Positions 48,042-56,228 of a stretch of 56,228 nucleotides of DNA are shown in pieces. The position numbers and the translations under genes were made by a program. Under the pieces are notes generated by a model that did no database searches, was not told the DNA's origin, and saw nothing but the letters and a program-made list of their open reading frames with translations. Every line of letters begins with the position of its first letter. Within the stretch, counting starts at the first letter, position 1. This DNA is from a virus. Lineage: Duplodnaviria; Caudoviricetes. The stretch is taken from IMG/VR virus record IMGVR_UViG_3300026302_000007, positions 1-56,228 of that record. One strand, given 5' to 3'.

Positions 48042-48491
48042 ATGGACATCATCCAATTGAGCCGAGGAAGCACAGGGAACAACGTTTGCCCGGTGTGCGC
48101 CGAGAAACACATTCCCCAAAACCGCTGCCGATACGAGGCCCTTGTGTCTGTAAACACGCGCCTTCGCGAGGCCAACAGCATGATTCCTGCGATCCTAAAC
48201 GCCAACAAGCAAGCGGTCCAAACTGCCGAGCAGTTCCGCTTCATGCTCAAAAAAGCCGATGAGGCCAATGCGATTTTGCAGACGATTCTGGCAAAGCATG
48301 GGGACATTGGTAAGACGATTCAAACCGAATACTTTGAGGAGCTAGAAACATGGGCATCAAAACATACCAGCCAAGACACCGCCGCGTCGTCACTGGACAC
48401 AAAGAACTCAACCTTGAGCGAGACCGACGACAAAAGCTCTACCGAGGAAACGATGAGTGGAAAAATTTTTCTCGAAGATTCCTCGAAGTAA
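48042..48491 (+). CDS. Hypothetical protein with CxxC..H..C motif and coiled coil
   Basis: AGGAG SD; CPVCAEKH...C. Confidence 0.7.
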   Translation: MDIIQLSRGSTGNNVCPVCAEKHIPQNRCRYEALVSVNTRLREANSMIPAILNANKQAVQTAEQFRFMLKKADEANAILQTILAKHGDIGKTIQTEYFEELETWASKHTSQDTAASSLDTKNSTLSETDDKSSTEETMSGKIFLEDSSK

Positions 48492-48772
48492 ATCCCACTT
48501 GCTACTGTTGCAATGAGAAAGCGACAGTAGTGGATCACTTAGTCGCCCACAAGGGCGACAAGGAACTATTCGAAAAAACGGGGAACCATGTCCCGCTTTG
48601 CGTAGTTTGCCACAACACGGTAACGGCCAAGTTCGACGCGAAGTATGTGGTTGGGGCTAGCGTTGAGCCAAAGACCCAGTGGATGAACGAAACCCGGGCG
48701 AGAACCGAAATTCAAAAAGACAAAAAATTTCCGTCTGTGAAGGTCATAAAATATGCTTACCGGCCAGAGTGA
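48350..48772 (+). CDS. Terminase-associated HNH endonuclease (HK97 gp74-like)
   Basis: Y...W...RRFL..NPTC.CC...ATVVDH...HKGD..LF....N...LC..CHN..TA. Confidence 0.85.
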   Translation: MGIKTYQPRHRRVVTGHKELNLERDRRQKLYRGNDEWKNFSRRFLEVNPTCYCCNEKATVVDHLVAHKGDKELFEKTGNHVPLCVVCHNTVTAKFDAKYVVGASVEPKTQWMNETRARTEIQKDKKFPSVKVIKYAYRPE

Positions 48773-49187
48773 AAATATAAAGATACGAAGAACTATCAAA
48801 ACCCAAGAGATACAAGGAATTATAAACACCCAAGTTTTTCTCCCAACAGGAGGACCTTACGGCGAGATGGAAAAGATAGATTCCCCGGGAAACTATAGGA
48901 GAAAAAGAAAAATACAAATTCGTCCTTCCTCTCTTGTAAATATCCTCACAAATAGAAACGTGATGCAGGTAATTTCTGGCCTTCCAGAGGGTAGCGACTG
49001 GATCTCTTTTTGTTTTATCGAAGGAGAGGGGTTCATCCTCGAGGTCGCCCATCCAAGTTTCTCAGAAATTCCGGAGGGACACCCGACCCCATTTCACGCA
49101 GTAGCGGCCCTCCACATGGACGGGGAGGCTCTTGATATTGCTCTGAGAATACTGGAACATTCCGGGGGAGAGGTTGAGAGAGTATGA
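48753..49187 (+). CDS. Hypothetical protein, paralog family B (start may be ATG near 48868)
   Basis: SGLPEG...FILEVAHPSF..I.EG..TP. Confidence 0.7.
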   Translation: MLTGQSENIKIRRTIKTQEIQGIINTQVFLPTGGPYGEMEKIDSPGNYRRKRKIQIRPSSLVNILTNRNVMQVISGLPEGSDWISFCFIEGEGFILEVAHPSFSEIPEGHPTPFHAVAALHMDGEALDIALRILEHSGGEVERV

Positions 49188-49606
49188 GATCAAGTATTGG
49201 CACTTGGGAGCACAGAGGAAAAAGAAGATCTCGCCAAGGCCAGATCAAGTTCCGCCTATGGCAACTAGACTTCAAAATTGTCGATAATTCCAAGTTAGCT
49301 ACTGGGTATCAAAAGTTCCACGGAGCCGTGTATGTTGAGTGGGAGTGTGACTACCTGTACAAAAAGCATCGAAAGATTTGCTTTTTCCGAGTCTCAACAG
49401 AGATTGACGAGAACGGAAATTTCTCAATGAAGAAGCTCATGAATAAATTCAAACTCAGCGTGAAGATTGAGTTCGATCCAAAATTTAAAATAGCCTATGA
49501 AAAGATAGCCCCGCGAATTCCCAGAAGAGATGGGATGATTTCATTCACAGCGGTGGAGATGCCCCATGTTCGCATCTCCAGATCCTCCGGCGAAATCAAA
49601 CGCTAG
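49184..49606 (+). CDS. Hypothetical protein, possibly a distant member of family A
   Basis: KKLMNKFKLSVKIEFDPKFKIAYEKI resembles KRLRSRIKYSFDPGFRKSIRRL. Confidence 0.65.
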   Translation: MRSSIGTWEHRGKRRSRQGQIKFRLWQLDFKIVDNSKLATGYQKFHGAVYVEWECDYLYKKHRKICFFRVSTEIDENGNFSMKKLMNKFKLSVKIEFDPKFKIAYEKIAPRIPRRDGMISFTAVEMPHVRISRSSGEIKR

Positions 49607-50061
49607 AACTTATAAGTCTTGTCCACGCACTTTTGGAGCATCATGTCTTTTGAGTAAATCGAGGGGAGTGGATAGAACTTATGTTTTGCGTGCTCCTCGC
49701 AGCTTTCCTTATTCCCATATTTTATTTTATAGAGATCGAAAGTTATTTTGGACACTTCTTTTCTTGCATCTTGAAAAGGGTCTCGATCATTGGGAGGATA
49801 CTGCCCGGGGTAATAGGGCCTTTCTAAAAGTCCTTTGTAGATGTATTCTAGGTCGAAAAGATATTCTTTCATATCGCCTAAGCAATACTCTTTCTGCATC
49901 CTCTTTAATTCCCGCTCGCGCTTCTTTTCTTGGAACTTTTGCTTTGCTATTTCTCCTTGAACGCAAGTTTGGATCTTGCTCACGCATATCTTTGCAGTAT
50001 CGGATTCCATGCCTCCGCAAAGAGCGCCGATAAGAAAAATTCCACTTAAGTATCCGCCCAT
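49603..50061 (-). CDS. Hypothetical Cys-containing, possibly exported protein
   Basis: Hydrophobic N-terminus; six Cys. Confidence 0.6.
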   Translation of the reverse strand: MGGYLSGIFLIGALCGGMESDTAKICVSKIQTCVQGEIAKQKFQEKKRERELKRMQKEYCLGDMKEYLFDLEYIYKGLLERPYYPGQYPPNDRDPFQDARKEVSKITFDLYKIKYGNKESCEEHAKHKFYPLPSIYSKDMMLQKCVDKTYKF

Positions 50062-50087
50062 ATTTTCCTACTTTCTATGAAGATGTT

Positions 50088-50411
50088 TTATAGATAAAAG
50101 AATTTGTAGGCCAGTGCCGCTATGGAAATGGCCAAGGTTATCATACAGACAGTGATCTCGCCCACCTCTGAGATCTTTAAAGACAAAGCAACAATGACAG
50201 TCGAGACAAGAATAATTCCGATCATGATAAAGTGTACTACGAAAGCGCCAATGAAAAAATTGCTATATTCTGGGGATAGGAAGGAGCCAAAAATAACTGC
50301 CGTGGCGAGACACTGGATTACTCCAACAATATTGGCCAGAAGCCATCCCGACAAAAATTTAGCCACATCGTCAAAATATTTTTCTAGTTTTGAAGGCATT
50401 TGAATTTCCAA
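50088..50411 (-). CDS. Multi-pass membrane protein
   Basis: About three TM segments. Confidence 0.65.
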   Translation of the reverse strand: MEIQMPSKLEKYFDDVAKFLSGWLLANIVGVIQCLATAVIFGSFLSPEYSNFFIGAFVVHFIMIGIILVSTVIVALSLKISEVGEITVCMITLAISIAALAYKFFYL

Positions 50412-50728
50412 ACCAGAGAAGAAAGACAGAAGATCGCTCCCAAAATAGAGAAAATAAAATTCAGCGGGGTCGATTTATCGCATATAAAAATATCGTAGAA
50501 TATCTCGCCGATGGGCTCCACCCACAAAAGAAAATATCCTAGCACCATCGGGAAGATAAAAAGTTTGAGGGAAAATACCAGAGACTCCTCAAAATAATTT
50601 CCATGAGTAGCTGCGTGCAAAAGTAGTAATACCGAAGACACAGCCACAAAACATGTGCCGAATAAAATTAGGCCCTTAGCTAGGATCTGGCATAGATACA
50701 AGATAAAACTCCATGAACCTCTAGCCAC
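50384..50728 (-). CDS. Multi-pass membrane protein
   Basis: About three TM segments. Confidence 0.65.
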   Translation of the reverse strand: MARGSWSFILYLCQILAKGLILFGTCFVAVSSVLLLLHAATHGNYFEESLVFSLKLFIFPMVLGYFLLWVEPIGEIFYDIFICDKSTPLNFIFSILGAIFCLSSLVWKFKCLQN

Positions 50729-50731
50729 TTC

Positions 50732-50842
50732 CTATTTTCTCCGAGAGAAAAATTTCTCTATGAGTCCGCCGAGAACGGCGGCCAAAAAGGCAATCGTCAT
50801 GAAAATTGAAACTCCAGCAATGATCTCAAGATAGTCAACCAT
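50732..50842 (-). CDS. 36-aa single-TM peptide
   Basis: MVDYLEIIAGVSIFMTIAFLAAVLGGLIEKFFSRRK fills the gap exactly. Confidence 0.55.
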   Translation of the reverse strand: MVDYLEIIAGVSIFMTIAFLAAVLGGLIEKFFSRRK

Positions 50843-50844
50843 CT

Positions 50845-51054
50845 CTACCACTTGGAGACCCAATTATTTTCCATGTATTCCCAATCCGTTGCGAGGATGT
50901 CCTCGATATTGAGGGTATATCTTTCCCAGTATTCTTGCTCCTTATGGACTGTAGAAGAATAGTAATAAAAAATATTTCCGCTAGGGAGTAAATCAATTTT
51001 ACCCTTTCGGCGAATGCGGCCATGGGTCTTTTTTATTGCCTCGATGATATTCAT
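50845..51054 (-). CDS. Hypothetical protein
   Basis: MNIIEAIK...IRRK...EDILATDWE, a common phage small-protein pattern. Confidence 0.75.
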   Translation of the reverse strand: MNIIEAIKKTHGRIRRKGKIDLLPSGNIFYYYSSTVHKEQEYWERYTLNIEDILATDWEYMENNWVSKW

Positions 51055-51461
51055 TCCTTTGGTCTCCTTCCTTTGATATCTATTTTTTGATACGCCTGGT
51101 GGATAAAAACTAGCTCCAACATGTCTGCAATTTCGTCGAAAGAGGCGCCAAGGGAATCATTCATCTGTGGCAAATTGATGGGCTCTACATCTCCGCCCAT
51201 CTTTTGGAGAGTCTGAAAGTTTTGGTCTACTTCGGCTAGCCATCTAGGGTCGTTCATATATCCTGACGATGGCAAAGACCCGCTAAGATACCCCTGGGGG
51301 TTAGTTGGGTGGTCGGGAGAAAATATTTTGCAGGCCACTCCAAGGCAGCAAAACCCGTACTGGCTCTCAAGATTGGCGCTCGCCTGCTTGTACTTCCCGC
51401 TACGAAGGGCCTTGCACCACTTGCGGATTTCATATTTGGTTGGAAGGTTAACTAACTCCAC
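51051..51461 (-). CDS. Conserved phage hypothetical protein
   Basis: KW.KALRSGKYKQ...FCCLGVAC...MND..G.SFDEIAD.LE. Confidence 0.8.
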   Translation of the reverse strand: MELVNLPTKYEIRKWCKALRSGKYKQASANLESQYGFCCLGVACKIFSPDHPTNPQGYLSGSLPSSGYMNDPRWLAEVDQNFQTLQKMGGDVEPINLPQMNDSLGASFDEIADMLELVFIHQAYQKIDIKGRRPKE

Positions 51462-51463
51462 TT

Positions 51464-51712
51464 CTACTCCTTCCGGGTGTCAGCGTTGGACACGCAATCG
51501 TAAAGCTGTTGTGAGCTTACTCCACGGGGAAGCGCATCCGTCCCGTCTTTGAAAAGCTCGATCATGTTCAACTCGAAGCTCACCTCGCGCCACTCTTTAG
51601 GCGTCATCGCAGCATTGGTGTCGTAGAGGGATCTGTAAAAATGGGGCGGCAATTCTAAATTCAAAGAGTCGGCGTTTCCCTGAATCATGCACAAGAGAAT
51701 AATTACGGGCAT
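51464..51712 (-). CDS. Hypothetical protein
   Basis: GAGG SD; hydrophobic N-terminus. Confidence 0.55.
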   Translation of the reverse strand: MPVIILLCMIQGNADSLNLELPPHFYRSLYDTNAAMTPKEWREVSFELNMIELFKDGTDALPRGVSSQQLYDCVSNADTRKE

Positions 51713-51714
51713 AA

Positions 51715-51948
51715 TCAGAGAACCTCACTGTTTTTCTTGCGCGAGAGAAAGAAGTCTTCGCATTGCCACTGGGAGTACTTCTCGGGCGCGAACTTTCTGG
51801 CGAATTTGCAAAGTTCTTCTTGGTCGAACTCATGGTACTCTCCGATCTCTTTCTCCAGGACAATCACTCGCGGGTCATTGAAGTCCGCTGGATGTTCCTG
51901 GGCCACAGCGACCGTGGACAAAGACAAAATAAAAATAAAAATTCTCAT
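51715..51948 (-). CDS. Small secreted protein
   Basis: MRIFIFILSLSTVAVA|Q signal peptide; Cys pair. Confidence 0.65.
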   Translation of the reverse strand: MRIFIFILSLSTVAVAQEHPADFNDPRVIVLEKEIGEYHEFDQEELCKFARKFAPEKYSQWQCEDFFLSRKKNSEVL

Positions 51949-51949
51949 A

Positions 51950-52420
51950 TCAAAATTCCTCGCTAGTTGAGCCTTCGATGTACCCATTGAAATTCTCCAG
52001 TCCGCTTTTAACCTTTTTTGCTAGATCGACCATTTCCCTAACGACCTCTTCTGCTGAAGGAGTCCCCTCAAATAGGGAGGAATTGAAACTAAATGGCCGA
52101 ACGCTTACTTTCAATCTTCCTACGTGAGATAGATACTCAGAAGGGTCATATTTCACGTATCTTCTTACAGCAGCAGATAAATAGTACTCGACAGTGTTAT
52201 TGTGTATTGTCCCGGGGACCTCTATGAGGACCCAAAATCCCAAAACTTTACTGGTGTAAGTATAGTGGATAGCAGCGGGATTTAGGATGGCGCTTTGAAT
52301 GTCATCTAGGTGACGATCAAACTCCCTCACTACGGGATGGCCACTGCCAAGCAGGCTCCCGAGAGTAGAAACCATTTTCCGCCCGTTCGCATTTAAAAAT
52401 TGATAGAGATCTTGTTCCAC
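51950..52420 (-). CDS. Hypothetical protein
   Basis: GAGGAG SD before GTG. Confidence 0.65.
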   Translation of the reverse strand: MEQDLYQFLNANGRKMVSTLGSLLGSGHPVVREFDRHLDDIQSAILNPAAIHYTYTSKVLGFWVLIEVPGTIHNNTVEYYLSAAVRRYVKYDPSEYLSHVGRLKVSVRPFSFNSSLFEGTPSAEEVVREMVDLAKKVKSGLENFNGYIEGSTSEEF

Positions 52421-52443
52421 CGAATTTGCTCCTCAAATAGATT

Positions 52444-52821
52444 TCAGTTTGCCGGGAAATATCGGCCAATCTGGAAAGAAAGTCCCGCCAAAAACACCAT
52501 GGAGGTAAAAACTCCAAGAACCGAAATGGTAAGATAGTTTTTATCTGCGAAGTCCAAAATCTCTTTGAACTTCTCCGCTTTGGAAAAGTCATAAGTCACT
52601 CGGTCTTTATCGAAAGCAACAATGACAAAGGTGGGAACTATTAAGACCCAGATAAATAAGAAAGCAAAAGAAGAAATAATAAGGAGGCCCATTTCTACCT
52701 TTCCCCTATCTTGGTTTATAATGACAGCGGCCCCAACCAAGGCAATTAAAAATCCGATGAAGAAGTAAACAGAAATCCATAAGACAATCTGATTCCCCAT
52801 AAAGTCCACACATTGCGACAT
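52444..52821 (-). CDS. Multi-pass membrane protein
   Basis: AGGAGGAGG SD; three TM segments. Confidence 0.7.
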   Translation of the reverse strand: MSQCVDFMGNQIVLWISVYFFIGFLIALVGAAVIINQDRGKVEMGLLIISSFAFLFIWVLIVPTFVIVAFDKDRVTYDFSKAEKFKEILDFADKNYLTISVLGVFTSMVFLAGLSFQIGRYFPAN

Positions 52822-52841
52822 TTCCCCACCTCCTCCTGGCC

Positions 52842-52944
52842 AAGTTGTTGACAACCAATTAGACCGATGCCATTTTCTTGGCAAGATATTTCTACAATAC
52901 ACCCATAAAAGTTGTTGACAACTTAATTCACTTTGAGTTAAATT
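52842..52944. promoter_or_regulatory. Divergent control region with two operator/promoter motifs
   Basis: AAGTTGTTGACAACCA (52842-52857) and AAGTTGTTGACAACTT (52909-52924) between divergent gene blocks. Confidence 0.65.
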
Positions 52945-52987
52945 TAAAACACGTTTAACGCAAACCCCTATAAAGGATGGAAACGAG

Positions 52988-53995
52988 ATGAGACCTTCGC
53001 AGTTGAAAGATGAAATCAAAGCCCGCCACACAGCCAAGATCAAGCGCACTTTGATGGTGGAATCCACCCCCGGCCTGGGCAAGACCCAAATCGCCCGCCA
53101 GGCGGCAGAAGAGCTTGGAGTTGGCTTCATGACAATCCACGCTCCCCTTCTCCAGCCCGAAGACTACGGCCTCCCCGTTGTCATGGGCAAAGACCGCGAC
53201 CAACTGAAGTTTGTCGTGTCAGCCGATAAATTCCCCATCAAAGGAAGCGACTGCCCCGAGAGCGGCATTCTTCTCATCGACGAGCTTTCGCAGGCAGACA
53301 ACAGTTCTCAAAAAATTCTCGCCAACTTGATCCAAGAGCGAGAGATCCACGGCCAGCACCTCAAAGACGGGTGGACAATCGTGGCCACAGGAAACCGCCA
53401 GAAGGACCGCTCAGGCGCGAACCGTATCCTCGGCCACTTGTCGAACCGCCTTACACGGGTCACTCTCGAGGCCAGCCTTGATGACTGGACCGACTGGGCT
53501 CTTCGCAATGGTGTGAAAACTGAAGTCGTTTCTTTCATTCGCTTCCGTCCCGAACTTCTTTCCAACTACGATGCGGCCCAAGAGATCAATGCCACTCCCC
53601 GCGCGTGGGTTGAAGGCGTTTCTGCCGCCCTCGGTGTCATTGAAAAAGAGAACGAGTTTGAAATCTTCACTGGCGACGTTGGAGAGGGGTGCGCGTCGGA
53701 GTTCATGGCCTTCGTGAAAATCTACCGAAACCTCCCGAATCCCGACGCCGTTCTTCTCAATCCCAAGAAAGAAGAAGTCCCCAAAGATCCCGCGACACAG
53801 TTCGCCTTGGTCGGCGCCCTTGTCGCTCGCGTGACTGAGCAGAACATGGACCGCGCGATGATCTACATCCGCCGTCTTCCCGCTGAGTTCTCGGTTCTTT
53901 TCATCAAAGATGCCGTGGCTCGAAACCGTGATCTCGCGACAACCAAAGCTTTCATCGACTGGACAACTAAAGAGGGCGCTGCCCTCTTGAACTAA
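52988..53995 (+). CDS. MoxR-like AAA+ ATPase
   Basis: Walker A PGLGKT, Walker B LLIDEL, VATGNR..DR, L.NR, TPRAW. Confidence 0.9.
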   Translation: MRPSQLKDEIKARHTAKIKRTLMVESTPGLGKTQIARQAAEELGVGFMTIHAPLLQPEDYGLPVVMGKDRDQLKFVVSADKFPIKGSDCPESGILLIDELSQADNSSQKILANLIQEREIHGQHLKDGWTIVATGNRQKDRSGANRILGHLSNRLTRVTLEASLDDWTDWALRNGVKTEVVSFIRFRPELLSNYDAAQEINATPRAWVEGVSAALGVIEKENEFEIFTGDVGEGCASEFMAFVKIYRNLPNPDAVLLNPKKEEVPKDPATQFALVGALVARVTEQNMDRAMIYIRRLPAEFSVLFIKDAVARNRDLATTKAFIDWTTKEGAALLN

Positions 53996-54007
53996 GGATG
54001 TGATTCC

Positions 54008-54889
54008 ATGGCAAAGAAAACTGTAAAAAGAGAAGTGAAAGATGGGGGCCTGTCAGAGCGGGCCCTTCTCGTGGCCGTAAATATCAGCGCATGGTCGGGG
54101 CGCAAAGTGGACAAGAAAGCGACCGATACTGCGAACCTCGCCCACAAAGCTTCATCTGAGGCCGGAAAATACCACAAGCGCCTTCTTCCGGGGGCGCATG
54201 AGTTGGGCGAGATCTCGACCATCGCGAGCCAAATCCGCGCTTACTTCTATGAGCAGACTTTGCCGTGGATGTCGGATGGAAGCCGCATTCTTTCGAGCCA
54301 GAACTACTTGAAGTTCGTTCAGGGCATGAAGAAATACCAAGTCGAGTTTGAAAAAGCCTGCAAAGATTTCTACGCAGCCTACCCAACTCTCAAAGCCGAA
54401 GCCCAGAAAAAACTGGGCGGCCTGTATGACCCCGAAGAGTATCCCGAGGATCAATCCATCTCGGAAAAATTCAAAGTCGAAGTGTCCTACATGCCGATGC
54501 CCGACGTGAAAGACTTCCGCACTGAGATCTCCGAAACCGAAAAGAAAAACTTTCAGCGCAAGATGAAAGAAGTTGAAGGGGCCGCGATGCGCGAATGTTG
54601 GGAGCGCATGCACAAGGTGACAAAACTTGCCGCCGAACGCCTCGCCCAGCCGGATGCCATCTTTCGGGACTCTCTCATTGAGAACATTCGGGACATGGCG
54701 AACCTGATGCCCATGCTCAACGTCTCCAATGACAAATCCTTGGAGAAAAGCCGCCGCGAGATCCTTGACGTGGTCTCTGGATTTTCTCCTGATGAACTGC
54801 GAGAAAACGCAGACGCCCGTGACAAGGCCAGCAAAGAACTGGCCGACATCGAGGCCAAAATGAGCGCCTTCATGGGAGGAAAAAAGTGA
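54008..54889 (+). CDS. DUF3150-like protein
   Basis: VNISAWSG.K.D, K.LL, TLPW..DG.RIL, LG.LY...YP, FRDSL.EN; between the AAA and VWA genes. Confidence 0.65.
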   Translation: MAKKTVKREVKDGGLSERALLVAVNISAWSGRKVDKKATDTANLAHKASSEAGKYHKRLLPGAHELGEISTIASQIRAYFYEQTLPWMSDGSRILSSQNYLKFVQGMKKYQVEFEKACKDFYAAYPTLKAEAQKKLGGLYDPEEYPEDQSISEKFKVEVSYMPMPDVKDFRTEISETEKKNFQRKMKEVEGAAMRECWERMHKVTKLAAERLAQPDAIFRDSLIENIRDMANLMPMLNVSNDKSLEKSRREILDVVSGFSPDELRENADARDKASKELADIEAKMSAFMGGKK

Positions 54890-56052
54890 GCAAAACCACC
54901 TACAAAAATATCGAAAAAGCGCGGGCCGGTCTCATCTTGGACCAGCCCTTCTTTGCGTCGATCCTTCTCCCCATGCCTTTGCTGGAGGATCCCACAATCC
55001 CCACCATGGCAACCGATGGGGAGACAATTCGCTACAACCCCAAATGGACCGATTCTTTAACTTCGGACGAAGTCACCTTTGTCTTGGCCCATGAAACAAT
55101 GCACTGTGTCTTCGATCACATGGGGCGCCGGGGTGAGCGGTCTCCGAACCGTTGGAACCAGGCTGCCGACTACATCATCAATGAGCTTCTGACGAACGAG
55201 CGCGTGGGGTCTATGCCCCATGGCGGCCTCTTGAACCCCAGCCTCACCGCGCAGGGCGGAGGCACTGCTGAGGGCGTTTATCGTTTGATCCCCGAGGAGA
55301 ACGAGGGCAAAGGCCCCGGCGAGCAAGGCGGCGCCCTGGACCAAGTCCACGACGCGGGCTCAAATCACGGGGAGGAGCAGCCTGACGAAGCCACAAAGAG
55401 CGAGAAATCGGCCCAGATGAAGGTTAGAGTCATCCAGGCCAAGAACGCGGCCAAGATGCAGGGAAAGCTCTCAGCGAACCTGGAGCGCCTTGTAAACGAC
55501 ATGGTGAAGCCGGTTGTGGACTGGCGTTCGGTGCTGCGCAGGTTTGTCAGCGAGCGTTGTAAGATCGACACGACCTACGCGCGTCCTAAGCGCCGTTTCA
55601 TGACCGAGGACTTCATTTTGCCGTCTTTGTCGGGCGAAAAAATGGGGCGCATTGTTGTGGCGGTGGATTGTTCGGGATCGGTTGACCAAGAGCTTTTGAC
55701 CAAGTTCGCATCCGAGATCAATGCCATCAAGCAAGACACCAATCCCTCAGAGATCGAAGTCGTGTATTTCGATCATGCCGTCTGTGGCGTGGACAAGTTT
55801 GGCCCTGAAGATGATTTTTTCATCAAAGCCCGGGGCGGAGGTGGGACCGCCTTCTCGCCGATCTTTAGACACATCGCCAAGAGCCCCGATGAGCCGCCTG
55901 TGGCGACGGTGGTTCTTACGGATCTCGTGTGCAACGACTTTGGCGCTGCGCCCGACTATCCCGTCTTGTGGGCCGTTCTGGACAAAGCCATCGAAGGTTT
56001 TGACAAGGTCCCTTTCGGGGAGATCTTAGAAGTGGTCAACACCGATGAGTGA
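54886..56052 (+). CDS. DUF2201-like metallopeptidase-VWA protein
   Basis: TMATDG, LAHETMH (HExxH), WN.A.D..IN, VDW...L, MIDAS DCSGS, GGGGT.F, LTD. Confidence 0.9.
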   Translation: MSKTTYKNIEKARAGLILDQPFFASILLPMPLLEDPTIPTMATDGETIRYNPKWTDSLTSDEVTFVLAHETMHCVFDHMGRRGERSPNRWNQAADYIINELLTNERVGSMPHGGLLNPSLTAQGGGTAEGVYRLIPEENEGKGPGEQGGALDQVHDAGSNHGEEQPDEATKSEKSAQMKVRVIQAKNAAKMQGKLSANLERLVNDMVKPVVDWRSVLRRFVSERCKIDTTYARPKRRFMTEDFILPSLSGEKMGRIVVAVDCSGSVDQELLTKFASEINAIKQDTNPSEIEVVYFDHAVCGVDKFGPEDDFFIKARGGGGTAFSPIFRHIAKSPDEPPVATVVLTDLVCNDFGAAPDYPVLWAVLDKAIEGFDKVPFGEILEVVNTDE

Positions 56053-56228
56053 AGTGGGCGGACAAATAGATGCGGTCGAGCGTATCGCCGATGACATTCG
56101 AGATCTGCTCTCCGCCTTGAACGCGCTTCAAGGCGGCCTCTATCATCGGCAGAAATCTCGTCGATGGCCGCACAAGAAAGAAGAGATCCGCCGATTGAGA
56201 AAAGATCTCTACGACTTGAAAGTTGAGC
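56045..56228 (+). CDS. Hypothetical protein running off the window end
   Basis: Open to base 56228; continues in frame into bases 1-17 (RRKFV*) if the genome is circular. Confidence 0.6.
   Translation, partial: MSEVGGQIDAVERIADDIRDLLSALNALQGGLYHRQKSRRWPHKKEEIRRLRKDLYDLKVE

Noticed and set aside
52444-53130. 228-aa version of the minus-strand ORF
   Set aside because: The extension crosses the divergent promoter region and the AAA gene; a strong SD supports the ATG at 52821
1-56228. Stop-codon reassignment or a temperate (integrating) lifestyle
   Set aside because: Genes are intact in the standard code with all three stops used; no integrase, ParA or CI-like gene recognised

Overview
The window looks like a complete or near-complete, probably circularly permuted, ~56 kb tailed dsDNA phage genome with a long non-contractile (siphovirus-type) tail. 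An ORF running off the right end reads in frame into bases 1-17. In order it contains: a tandem cluster of paralogous unknown genes (174-2726); an AT-rich origin/packaging-like region with IHF-like sites; an SF3-type helicase; P27-type TerS and TerL; a Clp protease, HK97-fold capsid and a displaced portal; a collagen-like repeat protein; neck and tail genes (with a GGGAAAC -1 frameshift chaperone); tape measure, tail tip and fibres; holin/spanin-like genes; family A polymerase, SSB, RecE-like exonuclease and SNF2 helicase; a three-domain endolysin; an ATP-dependent ligase; a MazG-like enzyme; four HNH genes; a minus-strand island of membrane/secreted proteins; and an AAA + DUF3150-like + VWA/metallopeptidase triad. 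I recognised no integrase, repressor, primase domain, tRNA, CRISPR array or reverse transcriptase. The most unusual signals are a Sec-signal, 14-Cys fibre-like protein in the tail module, a genome-wide palindromic operator/promoter motif (AAGTTGT-TR-ACAACTT), several paralog expansions, a ~100-nt structured intergenic element, an HNH gene flanked by a 29-bp duplication, and a shared S-D/S-L(L) C-terminus on replication proteins. All calls come from motif reading by eye; no database searches were run.
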